This document shows, in pieces, positions 51,160 through 60,830 of a stretch of DNA of 64,000 nucleotides. Position 1 is the stretch's first letter; each line of letters starts with the position of its first letter. The translations under genes were made by a program, and so were the position numbers. The DNA comes from an uncultured archaeon (GTDB taxonomy: Archaea > Asgardarchaeota > Lokiarchaeia > Sigyniarchaeales > SOKP01): the NCBI GenBank assembly GCA_964388035.1, contig CAYLZE010000012.1, forward strand, positions 1 to 64,000, in the 5' to 3' direction. The notes beneath the pieces were generated by a model, which was given only the letters and a program-made list of their open reading frames with translations, was not told where the DNA came from and ran no database searches.

Positions 51160-52499
51160 TGCAAGAAGCCAAAATCTTAATTTCTAAAAATGCATTCCAT
51201 AAAATGTTATCTCACGCATCAAGACATGGAAGTCCTGCCTTAAAAGAGAGATTTAATGTAGTGGGGGCATGCATTGGAAAAAAAGACCCTAAAACTAAAG
51301 ATCTAATTGTATCAGAGATCGTACCATTGATTCATGGAGAGCTCATTAATAAATCCCGTCCTAATATAAACACCAATCAGCTAGAAAATGTAAAAGCCCA
51401 ATATATTAAAGAAAATCTTTCTATTATTGGTTGGTATCATTCGATCCTAGAAGGAGAATTGAAATTTCAAGGAATAAATAAAGATATTCATGTATTATTT
51501 CAAAATGAAGAAAAGCCTTCGGGATTCTGCGTGCTCTTTAACCCTTTTCAATCAGAAAGCTCAGTTCCATTTAGAATTAAGGCATTTCGATTAAATGACA
51601 TAAAAGACCCCGATATGAACCAATTCCTGGAAATAGAAGTAAAGATAGAACCTCCTAATAGTTTAGAATATTTTAAATGGATAAAAGATATAATGGAACT
51701 TAGAGAAAGTAAAAGTCTAACCTTTATTGAAGAATTTTCTGGGGTTGAATCAATTTCTAAAAGTGAGTTACAACAAATACCTCAATCTTCTCTCCAAGAA
51801 ACTCAAGAGAAATGGGAACAAACTGGTCCCATTTTTTCTAAGATTGAAGACGGATTTTCAATTTTTTTAACTTCTCTAAAACAATCTTTTGAAAAAGAAT
51901 TTGACGACTGGTTGTCAAATTTAAATGAGGGGGCAACCAAAGGGGGTCGTTCTTTAATGGAAGCAACCAATCAAATGAAAGAACAGATTTCTTCAGGAAT
52001 AGAAAGAATTGAAAAATGGGGCTCTTCTCAAATTAAGGAAAATTTCAAGGAATATGAAGAGGAATTTGAAGTGATAAGGGAAAAAGAAAATAATTCAATT
52101 GAACAAGCAAAAATGCATTTATCAACTTGGAAAAAATCATCTGTAAATGATGTAGAAAAAATTATCACTTCGAACTCTTCCCCTCTATTAGAACGTCTTA
52201 CCAACATGGAAATAAAAAGTCAAGGTACCCAACAAGAACTCTCTTCAACATCTGAGGAATTATTTAATAAATTAAATCAGATAAAAGAGAAAATAATGTC
52301 GACGAAAAATGAAATAGAAGCAACTCTCCCAAAAATGATAAAGAATGTTGAGGGAGATCTAGAAAGAGGGCGCCAAGAAATTAATGCTGTTTATGATAAA
52401 ATAACAAATAAGTATGGGGATCTTGAAAAAAAACTTTCCATTATTGAATCATCCCTTAAATCTCTACAAGAATTGATTTCCGAAATCGGAAAATTATAG
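51159..52499 (+). CDS. MPN- (pseudo-enzyme) paralogue with long helical/coiled-coil tail
   Basis: NVVGACIG and GWYHSILEG lack the catalytic Glu, second His and Asp; TAATG overlap with upstream gene. Confidence 0.85.
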   Translation: MQEAKILISKNAFHKMLSHASRHGSPALKERFNVVGACIGKKDPKTKDLIVSEIVPLIHGELINKSRPNINTNQLENVKAQYIKENLSIIGWYHSILEGELKFQGINKDIHVLFQNEEKPSGFCVLFNPFQSESSVPFRIKAFRLNDIKDPDMNQFLEIEVKIEPPNSLEYFKWIKDIMELRESKSLTFIEEFSGVESISKSELQQIPQSSLQETQEKWEQTGPIFSKIEDGFSIFLTSLKQSFEKEFDDWLSNLNEGATKGGRSLMEATNQMKEQISSGIERIEKWGSSQIKENFKEYEEEFEVIREKENNSIEQAKMHLSTWKKSSVNDVEKIITSNSSPLLERLTNMEIKSQGTQQELSSTSEELFNKLNQIKEKIMSTKNEIEATLPKMIKNVEGDLERGRQEINAVYDKITNKYGDLEKKLSIIESSLKSLQELISEIGKL

Positions 52500-52534
52500 A
52501 CCAAATTTTTTAAAAGGTTCTAATTATTATCTTG

Positions 52535-52801
52535 CTAAAAGAAGCGGAGCGAGTGGATTTTACTTTTATATAAAGCATATTTCGGTATATTGGTGGAAAG
52601 TCTTTTTAATTGATTATTCTTTGCTACTTTACTCAAAATTCTTCCAATTCTGTCGATTTTAATGTCCACACCGTAATTTTCCTTTAAAACTGAAGCAATT
52701 TTATAGGAAGATAAAATTACAACATCAGATACATTATTTGCAACCAATATTTCAATGGCTTTTTTTATTAATGCAAGAAGCTTTTCTTTTTCTTTATCCA
52801 T
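52535..52801 (-). CDS. Small basic winged-helix-like protein; likely start MDKEKE at 52801
   Basis: SSYKIASVLKENYGVDIKIDRIGRILSKVAK. Confidence 0.7.
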   Translation of the reverse strand: MDKEKEKLLALIKKAIEILVANNVSDVVILSSYKIASVLKENYGVDIKIDRIGRILSKVAKNNQLKRLSTNIPKYALYKSKIHSLRFF

Positions 52802-53178
52802 AGTATACTTAGAATAAATGTTAGGATTATAATTAAATATATACACTAAACTTTTTAAAACTTATTATCAAATTGAATGATTAGGGATTTTTTCTTGATG
52901 AGTTTATATGATACCTCGCTAGTGAGGATCGGTATTGTATAAAAATTTAAAAGGAATTTTTTTTTTAAACCATCGTTTCTTGATAAATCATACCCATGAT
53001 CAATTTTCAATTTATTTGAAAAAGTTATTTATTCTCACAACCATATTATAATAAGATACATTATAAATACTACATGAGAGTATTATTGGTAATGAATCAT
53101 ATTTCAAGGTAATAAATATATCAGATATAATCTTTATACAAAGTAGAATATATTTTAATTAGGAGAGTAAAGCACAAC

Positions 53179-55500
53179 ATGTCTCAATCAAAATCTAAGT
53201 CAGAAAGTTTGAAAGCTAAACTAAAAAAACTCTTAAATCCCGATACTTTAATGATTAAGAAAGAAGAACAAAAGTTTTATTCCTTTAATAAAAAATTTTT
53301 CGGACTCTATATCATATTCTTATTATATTCTTTCGTGCTCTTGTTTACTATCAATGCACCAAATAATATTATTACAAGTTTGTTCACGTTCGGTAACCCT
53401 TTTGCACTTTCGGTCACTCTCATTGTATTTTTCATAATTCTCTCTTTTCTCTATAGCAATGACACGGTTAGAATATTTATCTTTGAAAAAAATACCGTAA
53501 TCAAACAATTAGCACTCTACGTCGGAATTATTGTACCTTTATTCTTATTATTTTCCCTTGTCATAGGAACCACATTCAATCTTACATCCTTTTTACTTGT
53601 CTTGTCTATGATCTGGTTAATTATCTATAGTAGCAGGTATTATATTTATTCTAGAAAATTCTCCACCAAAATTGAATCGCGGATTATAAAAAAATATTCG
53701 ATCATGAGAAATTTCATTGTCACAATCTCGCCCATCATCATTTTAGCAGTTTTAGTGTTTATATCTTGGTTATATAGAGCATTATTGGTATATTTCTCCT
53801 TAGATTTTCTCGCCCCTTCCGATCCATCGGGTGCTGTTTCAGTCTATTATGTAGAGATGAGAATAATCATGCCTTTAATCTATTCAAGTTTAATTATTAC
53901 CATGGTATTTATTTCGATTGAATACATATTTACCAGAAGAAGAGGAGAAACAAAAAGAGCAGGTATTTTTGATAATTTTACCTTTGCCTTCATCGTATTT
54001 TTCATTTTTTTCTTCCAACTCATGCAAATGACTATTTACCTGCTCTTGAGAACCGAAACAGTATCTGCTTTAAAAAAAGTGCTCGGAACTACAAGCTCAA
54101 CGGCAAGTTTTATTTTCTTTCTGGAATTCGGAGTATCCATGATCTTTTTATATAGGGTGCTTACCAAGACCGGGAGATCTCTAGGATGGAACATTTTATT
54201 CTTTAAACAAGACGGGTTGATTTTATTCATGCTAGCATCTATATTTTCACAAACCACCACGCGTTTTTCTCTTTCCACAAATGTTCCTAATCAAGAAATA
54301 ACGGGACTGGGAATCATTTTTTTGTCAGATAAATACGTTATCTCTATTATCATGATCCTTTTCTTAGGAATCACGCTCCTGATTTATTATTTAAAACCCC
54401 ATGAAACCTCAATGTTCATGAGAATGGAAAAAGAAATAATTGATGAAGAAGAACGGGAAATGGATATCGTGTATAAATTAATTCGAAATGAATACATAAG
54501 ACGGGGAGAACCGTTTCCCGTGGAAATTCTGGAACGTCAATTAATTAAAAATACCCAAATGTCAAAAGCTGCTGTATACTCATTACTCCGGAGATTAGCG
54601 GAAAAAGAAGTAGATATCGAATTAAAACGAATGCCTGATGGACAAGGGAGATTGGTCTTAATGATAGATTTTATTTCAGTGACAGAACAATTCGAAAAAA
54701 AGGGTGCTGCACATAAAAAAGCTCAAAGATTTATTTCGAATAAATTAATTCAAACAATGTCTGGACCACGACGTAAAGAATTGAAATTACAGGAGAATTT
54801 AAAATCTGATAAAGCAACCGATCAATTTATCGCTTCTTTATCTCACGATTATACTAAGAAACAATTGGAGGAAGAGAAATTTGAACAAAAAAGAGAAAAA
54901 GAGCTAAGGAAAGTAAAGTTTAAAGAAGGAAAAGTTCCCGAGTTTCTGAAGGATGAAATTATAGACCTAATTAAAGAAGAATATATCTTCAGAATAGAAA
55001 ATCCTGAAAAATATTCAAGCTATTTGATTCCAATTTCAGATATTTCACTAAAAATCCAAATGCAAACTAAGATTACTCCAGGAGATTTATACCCCTTATT
55101 GAAAAAAATAGGGAGAAGTGATTTAGAAATGAAATTACTCCGAAATCCAGAGAATAAGGAAGATCAATTAATATCTTTTTTTCCGATAGCTAGCGATTCG
55201 ATAAATTTTTCCCTCGAAAGCTTTAGACCAGAAGAATATTCAGCAATTAAAGTAAAAGTTATTGAAAATTTCATTGAATGTTTTAAAAGGGTAAGAACTA
55301 AAGATGTCATTTTGAATTTAAGCAAAGGTATTAAAAAAGAGACGGAAGATCAAAAAGAATGGAATGATATTCTATTTTACTTATCAGAGGAATTCCCCAA
55401 ATTAGATATGGATTTAAAGCGCGTTCCTAACTATAATGTATTCATGAAACATTTTAATGAATACTTGAAAAAAGCAGATCAAATGAATACAAAACAATGA
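53179..55500 (+). CDS. Polytopic membrane protein with a large cytoplasmic C-terminus containing two winged-helix-like repeats
   Basis: About 10 TM segments in aa 40-405, then a soluble charged region with an internal repeat. Confidence 0.8.
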   Translation: MSQSKSKSESLKAKLKKLLNPDTLMIKKEEQKFYSFNKKFFGLYIIFLLYSFVLLFTINAPNNIITSLFTFGNPFALSVTLIVFFIILSFLYSNDTVRIFIFEKNTVIKQLALYVGIIVPLFLLFSLVIGTTFNLTSFLLVLSMIWLIIYSSRYYIYSRKFSTKIESRIIKKYSIMRNFIVTISPIIILAVLVFISWLYRALLVYFSLDFLAPSDPSGAVSVYYVEMRIIMPLIYSSLIITMVFISIEYIFTRRRGETKRAGIFDNFTFAFIVFFIFFFQLMQMTIYLLLRTETVSALKKVLGTTSSTASFIFFLEFGVSMIFLYRVLTKTGRSLGWNILFFKQDGLILFMLASIFSQTTTRFSLSTNVPNQEITGLGIIFLSDKYVISIIMILFLGITLLIYYLKPHETSMFMRMEKEIIDEEEREMDIVYKLIRNEYIRRGEPFPVEILERQLIKNTQMSKAAVYSLLRRLAEKEVDIELKRMPDGQGRLVLMIDFISVTEQFEKKGAAHKKAQRFISNKLIQTMSGPRRKELKLQENLKSDKATDQFIASLSHDYTKKQLEEEKFEQKREKELRKVKFKEGKVPEFLKDEIIDLIKEEYIFRIENPEKYSSYLIPISDISLKIQMQTKITPGDLYPLLKKIGRSDLEMKLLRNPENKEDQLISFFPIASDSINFSLESFRPEEYSAIKVKVIENFIECFKRVRTKDVILNLSKGIKKETEDQKEWNDILFYLSEEFPKLDMDLKRVPNYNVFMKHFNEYLKKADQMNTKQ

Positions 55501-55625
55501 TTTAACATTCTTTTCTATTTTTTCTCTTTTTTTTATTTAAAAAATTCTTGATGTTTTTAATCAATTGGCTTAGTATTGCACCTTTCATTTAAAATTTATG
55601 ATTTCATATCTTCTAAGCTTAAAGA

Positions 55626-55982
55626 TCACGAGCTTGATTTTTCTTGAAAGTTAATTATTGCTTTTTTTAAGCTTTTTATTGCTAAAGTCACGCATTTTTC
55701 TTTATTAGGGGGAATATAACCCATCTTTTTTTTTATGTCTTTCTCCGTGAGGCTTAGTGCTTGATGTATCGTTTTTTTTTTAACCATTTCAGTCAATTTA
55801 CTAGAGGAGGCCATTGCTACTCGACAACCAAGGCTCTCAAATTTGATTTCATCGATAATATCCTCCTTAATAATGAGATACATATAGATTATATCTCCGA
55901 AGGAATTATCTTTTGCTTCTCCAAAACCGTCTGGACTTTTAATTTCCCCCACGTTTTTAGGATTTAGGAAAAGATCTTTCAT
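55626..55982 (-). CDS. IscU/NifU-like scaffold protein (first Cys missing)
   Basis: NPKNVG, FGD, GCRVAMASSS and KEKC. Confidence 0.85.
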   Translation of the reverse strand: MKDLFLNPKNVGEIKSPDGFGEAKDNSFGDIIYMYLIIKEDIIDEIKFESLGCRVAMASSSKLTEMVKKKTIHQALSLTEKDIKKKMGYIPPNKEKCVTLAIKSLKKAIINFQEKSSS

Positions 55983-55986
55983 CTTG

Positions 55987-58506
55987 TTAGTTTAAATCAA
56001 GCGAGGAATTTTTATAATTAAGTATCATTAATTTTCTTCGTCGAGGAATGGATACCCTTTGAACACCCATCTCTTTTACTTTCTCGGCTGCATCTTCTAA
56101 CTTATACGGATTTTGATGAAAAAAGCATACTTCTTTGGGTTCTAAAACCTTGATCATTTCAATTAACTGCTCTTGATCTCCGTGTAATTTTATTCTTAAT
56201 TGTGGCGCAAAAGTATTTAATAATAATGCCCTGATGGGCACTTTCCATGTATCTGAAAACGATATTTCTTTTGCTCCCTCAATTAATGAAGCACCGGGGT
56301 CTTCTTGTATGGAGCCTGCTAAGAAAATTAGGTTATGAGGATTTCTCCCTATGACGTTAATGATATTTCTAATTATTCCATAACTAAGATCAGGTGGATG
56401 GGAAATGATAATATTGTTTTTTTTCCTCAAAAAGTCTAAATCATCAAGGTCAAACCATCTAAATTTGATACTATTGAAAGGATTCGCTTTATCTTTAATT
56501 AATCGGGAAATGGGACCATAAATATATTCATATCGGTGATTAATCACTTGAATGTTCTTCCTTACCATTAAATCGACATAAATGTTAGGTCTCTTTTTGA
56601 ACCCTTCCCTTAATTGTAATTTCCTAAAGTATCTCCAAAAAACTAGCATGAAGGAAATAGCCAAGGAAGAAGGATCCGCCCCAATTAATGTACAATCCCC
56701 ATATTCTGCTTTTTGCTCCAGAAATAGAATGAGACTATTAAAATGACTATAAGGGTCACCAAATTTCTCGTGTGCACTAGTCGCATCTATCAACAAGAAA
56801 TCGATGGGTCTTGAGATTTGTTCTAAGAATCTTCTGGTTCCTGCAAAGGGCGTGATGTCCCAATAAGTATAATCCCCTGTATATAGAAACCGAAAATCCT
56901 TTATTTTTACTAAAAGCATTAATGCTCCTGGCATGTGTCCCGCATGGAAAAACGCAAGATAACAATCGGGCTCTTTAAAATCTATTCTTGTACCATTTTC
57001 AACGTATATGACGTTCTGGATCACCTTGATATAATCTTCTTCTTGAATATAACTAGGGTCTTCTTGTTTTAAAAAACCGGAATCCCTTAACAGGTACAAA
57101 TCTAATGTAATTCGTGAAGAAAGAATGGGAATGTTGGGATGCGCCTTTATTAAATCTTTTAATCCCGATATATGATCAAAATGAGAATGTGAAATAAAAA
57201 TTGCATCTAGTTCTTGCATGGGCATGTTTTCTAACTCATCTTCAGCTTTGACGCCCTCTTCATGCTTATCTTCTAAATTATCCTCCAACATGAGTCCCTC
57301 ATTTATTGATTGTCCTTCATTTAATTGGACATCATTCAATTGCTCTTCATTCGGTGGTTCTTCATTCAATTCTTCATGTATTGCTTGCCCTTCTATTTCA
57401 CTTTCTTGAGTGGTTTTTAAAGGTCTCATTTGTTCGGGAATTCTATAAACTAAATCTCTGCTATTCTTACCATTTTTAAGATCTATTTCTCTTTCAGATA
57501 AAATTTTCGGATAATTTTCCAAATAATATTTGATATATTCAAAATGCTCTTCTGAAATTCCACAATCTAACATTAATTTGAAATCTCCAATTCCTAGAAT
57601 CATGCAATTGTGATTGGGTTCGTGAGATATGGGATATAACGTGAGAGTAATATCTTCCAGACTTGTATCGCTATTTATAAGGGAATAATGTTGTAGATGC
57701 ACTTCACTAAATCTTTTTTCGATTTTATCGATTGCCAATGAAATTTGGCTATCACCCACTGAAACGCCTGTTATGTACCAATACCAACCGAATTTTTCCA
57801 CCAAGACATCTAAATTTTCATACATTTTATCACCTGTAAAAGATTTGATTACAATTACTCTTTCTTTTTCATAATAGATGATTTTAGCTATTGATTTCTT
57901 CTCTTTTAACGGGATCCCATCAAAGTGAAAGAAAAATTCATGTAATACTTCCATGATTTCCATTTGAGCAATCTTTCTTGTCTTGATTATATTCATGTAC
58001 TTATTATATTCTTTTGTCCTGTAGAGCGGACGCATGTTCTTTTTCTGCTTTATCGATATCAATTTTTCCTCAAATTCAAATTCCCCTACTTTAACGATAA
58101 TTTCCTTGCGACTCCTTTTCCCTTTTTTTTCTTTCTTCCCCTTAGGACCGCTTTCTTTTACTTCTTTGTTGGAAACAAAAAAAAACCATCCATATTTCTT
58201 AATTAGATCATTCCTGTGCCAGATGATTTCCTTTCCCATGTTCGTCAATAAAATAATAATGCGATCCTCCAGACAGTAGAAAATTTTTGAAATGGATTTT
58301 TTGACCGCTTTCTTAATCGTACTCTCTTTATTAAAAAAGTCATCTAACACCTTTTCGATCGGAGCTAAATCTATCCCTTCTTTCTCCATTTTCTTTCTTT
58401 GAAGCGTGTATGAATGAATCTTGTAAGAAGAATCAACCTGCTTGACTTCTTCAATTGGAATTTTTTCACTTTCAAAGATAAATTCAGAATGGCTTGTAAC
58501 ATCCAT
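55987..58506 (-). CDS. Beta-CASP MBL-fold ribonuclease (CPSF-like) with duplicated N-terminal domain and acidic insertion
   Basis: LDCG, SHSHFDH, AGHMPG, YTGD, LHGD and FHQ. Confidence 0.85.
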   Translation of the reverse strand: MDVTSHSEFIFESEKIPIEEVKQVDSSYKIHSYTLQRKKMEKEGIDLAPIEKVLDDFFNKESTIKKAVKKSISKIFYCLEDRIIILLTNMGKEIIWHRNDLIKKYGWFFFVSNKEVKESGPKGKKEKKGKRSRKEIIVKVGEFEFEEKLISIKQKKNMRPLYRTKEYNKYMNIIKTRKIAQMEIMEVLHEFFFHFDGIPLKEKKSIAKIIYYEKERVIVIKSFTGDKMYENLDVLVEKFGWYWYITGVSVGDSQISLAIDKIEKRFSEVHLQHYSLINSDTSLEDITLTLYPISHEPNHNCMILGIGDFKLMLDCGISEEHFEYIKYYLENYPKILSEREIDLKNGKNSRDLVYRIPEQMRPLKTTQESEIEGQAIHEELNEEPPNEEQLNDVQLNEGQSINEGLMLEDNLEDKHEEGVKAEDELENMPMQELDAIFISHSHFDHISGLKDLIKAHPNIPILSSRITLDLYLLRDSGFLKQEDPSYIQEEDYIKVIQNVIYVENGTRIDFKEPDCYLAFFHAGHMPGALMLLVKIKDFRFLYTGDYTYWDITPFAGTRRFLEQISRPIDFLLIDATSAHEKFGDPYSHFNSLILFLEQKAEYGDCTLIGADPSSLAISFMLVFWRYFRKLQLREGFKKRPNIYVDLMVRKNIQVINHRYEYIYGPISRLIKDKANPFNSIKFRWFDLDDLDFLRKKNNIIISHPPDLSYGIIRNIINVIGRNPHNLIFLAGSIQEDPGASLIEGAKEISFSDTWKVPIRALLLNTFAPQLRIKLHGDQEQLIEMIKVLEPKEVCFFHQNPYKLEDAAEKVKEMGVQRVSIPRRRKLMILNYKNSSLDLN
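57296..57400 (-). repeat. Degenerate ~15-bp coding tandem repeat (xxLNE)
   Basis: Encodes EGQAIHEELNEEPPNEEQLNDVQLNEGQSINEG. Confidence 0.65.
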
Positions 58507-58716
58507 GATTCTAATAAGTAGGCATTACTTTATTGATTTGAAATATATAATCATGATACGAATGAACCGTATTTTTATGCATAAAAAAGGTGGACTATAT
58601 ACAAAATTTCTCATATTTTAATTTAGAAAAAATTATATTTGATACCAATATTTATGAATTTTAAATCGTAAAAATGTAAACATATAAAAAAACAGAAATG
58701 AAATTGAATAGTCACC

Positions 58717-59304
58717 TTGAGGGTCATGACAGATAAAAAAAAATCCTTTAAAATAATGTGGGGAATCACGGGAACGGGATACATGATTGAAGAATCCATT
58801 CAACTCATGAAAAAACTCCAAGAACTTTACCAAGAAAAAATAAATTTTACCGTAATGCTATCGAAAGAAGGCGAAGTCGTGGTAAAATGGTATAAACAAT
58901 GGGATTTTCTCAATGAAGTGATTTCTAAAGTGCGAGTTGAAAAAACGGCAAATAATCCCTTTTTTGCTGGCCCCTTACAGGTAGGACAATTCGATCTTTT
59001 TATTGTCTGCCCTGTTTCCGCGAATTCCGTGGCTAAGGTTGTATATGGCATTGCAGATACGTTAATTACAAATTGCGTGGCTCAAACCATCAAAGGAGGC
59101 ATACCAGTTTATCTCTTTCCTTCTGATCAATATTTAGAACCTATAACTACTACTCGCCCCGATGGCTCAGCTCTCACTCTTAAAATACGCGATATTGAAT
59201 TAGAGAATATAAATAAGTTGCGGAACCTGGAGGGAGTAATAGTTCTCTCCAACTTTTCTGATATTGAACCGCTTATCGTCAAATCCATCGCTAACAATAA
59301 ATGA
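58717..59304 (+). CDS. Archaeal flavoprotein (AfpA/DmrX family)
   Basis: WGITGTG and PVSANSVAKVVYGIADTLITN. Confidence 0.85.
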   Translation: MRVMTDKKKSFKIMWGITGTGYMIEESIQLMKKLQELYQEKINFTVMLSKEGEVVVKWYKQWDFLNEVISKVRVEKTANNPFFAGPLQVGQFDLFIVCPVSANSVAKVVYGIADTLITNCVAQTIKGGIPVYLFPSDQYLEPITTTRPDGSALTLKIRDIELENINKLRNLEGVIVLSNFSDIEPLIVKSIANNK

Positions 59305-59362
59305 ATTAAAACAATTACAAGAAAATTTTATTTAAAAATAGTAAAATGTATTTCCCTTAAAT

Positions 59363-59809
59363 TTATGCTTTTAAGATTATGGGAATAATAGCTTTTTCAG
59401 GACATGAAGCTTCACATTTTAAACAATGCTGACATTTATTAACCTCCTTGAACTTGAATCGGATGCCCTCTTCTTTTTTTTCCCCTTTACTTACTATATC
59501 CTTATAGAAAAGGTTGTTGGGACAGAATTTTTTTTCCTCATTCACGCAGTCTCCGCATAGTGTACATTTCTCATGATCGATTTTGATCCCAATCACTTGA
59601 TTAGGATAAGCAGAAGTCACTTGAATTGCGTTACGAGGACAGACTTGCACGCAGTTCAAACAAGCTTTACATTTATCATAATCAACCATGCGGATACTAT
59701 TCTTAAAGTAAATGGCGTGCTGTCTGCAAGCTCTCACACAGCGTTCACAATGCATGCAGAGTTCTTGATCGATTTGAATCGGAATAAATTTTTCTTTAGT
59801 AGTCATCAT
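59363..59809 (-). CDS. Polyferredoxin (about four 4Fe-4S motifs)
   Basis: CMHCERCVRAC, CKACLNCVQVCP, CTLCGDC...CP and CQHCLKCEASCP. Confidence 0.92.
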   Translation of the reverse strand: MMTTKEKFIPIQIDQELCMHCERCVRACRQHAIYFKNSIRMVDYDKCKACLNCVQVCPRNAIQVTSAYPNQVIGIKIDHEKCTLCGDCVNEEKKFCPNNLFYKDIVSKGEKKEEGIRFKFKEVNKCQHCLKCEASCPEKAIIPIILKA

Positions 59810-60032
59810 ATTTTTTTAAAACTTTTCAATTCCACAATTTAACCCAAGATTATGATAATGAACGATTTAAATAATAAAAAATTCATTTTTATAGATTATT
59901 AATCAAGATATATAATCGGTTTCACAACTACTTATAAAATCCAAATTATTAATATTACATGGGTATCTTAAATAAGTACATTTTATGCGAAAATTAGAAT
60001 GCATGAAAATTTAGAAAAAAAGATAGTTTTCT

Positions 60033-60830
60033 TTATTGATAATACTGCGTGTAAGCTCCTCCCTCTCCCGGTTGCCCTAATTGCTGGGTTTGATACTGCT
60101 TGGCTTTTTCTGCAAGTTCTAACATTTTGGCTTTAATCTCCTTGCCCTCCTCAATTAACTTGGAGGTATCGATCTTTAAATGATAAATGGTATTCAATAC
60201 TTCTATTATTGCTGCAGCAGCTTCAGGGGTTGGAATTTCCAATACTGGCGTAAATAAGGCATATGCCTTGAGTCGATTCGTTAAAGCTTCGTTTAAAAGC
60301 GTTGCTTCAGGGCCTACGATGACGCCTTTCTCGACTTTTTCAATTCCAAATCCCTCAAGAAATCCAATCATCTCGGCTTCCGCAGCATAATATACTGGAA
60401 AATCATCAATTATTCCCATTTTTTGGGGAATCCCTTGAATAACTATTATTTCTTTCGCTCTCACATCCCTAGAAAGAGCCCAATTGCAAATCGTACGAGA
60501 AAGATCATTATATGCTGAAGAAATCTGAAAAGGAACTTCGCAAATTCCTAAAATCAAATTATATTGCAGAGAATAATAAAGTCTGAAAGGATGTTTTAAA
60601 ATTCCTTCATAGAACACGGCGATCGGGGGCAAATGCTCGCTAGTAATGAATCCAATTTCTTTAAAATCACTTATTTGGTCAATTAATGAATTACATACAA
60701 TTGGACCGATAAGACCAATTCCGGCAAAACCTAATAAAAAAGTAGCTCCTTCCTTTATTTGAACCGAGAAATCATCAATCACAACGGAGCTTTTATCCCC
60801 TTTTGAACATATATATTCCTTTCTAACCAT
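60033..60830 (-). CDS. PAC2-family proteasome assembly chaperone (PbaB-like)
   Basis: GFAGIGLIG, LPPIAV, HPFRLY, PTPEAAA and IDTSKLIEE; C-terminal YYQ. Confidence 0.88.
   Translation of the reverse strand: MVRKEYICSKGDKSSVVIDDFSVQIKEGATFLLGFAGIGLIGPIVCNSLIDQISDFKEIGFITSEHLPPIAVFYEGILKHPFRLYYSLQYNLILGICEVPFQISSAYNDLSRTICNWALSRDVRAKEIIVIQGIPQKMGIIDDFPVYYAAEAEMIGFLEGFGIEKVEKGVIVGPEATLLNEALTNRLKAYALFTPVLEIPTPEAAAAIIEVLNTIYHLKIDTSKLIEEGKEIKAKMLELAEKAKQYQTQQLGQPGEGGAYTQYYQ

Noticed and set aside
52890-52950. Hammerhead ribozyme, C/D-box sRNA or SECIS element
   Set aside because: TGATGA is present but there is no GAAA hammerhead core, no CTGA D box, and no adjacent gene with an in-frame TGA at a Cys position
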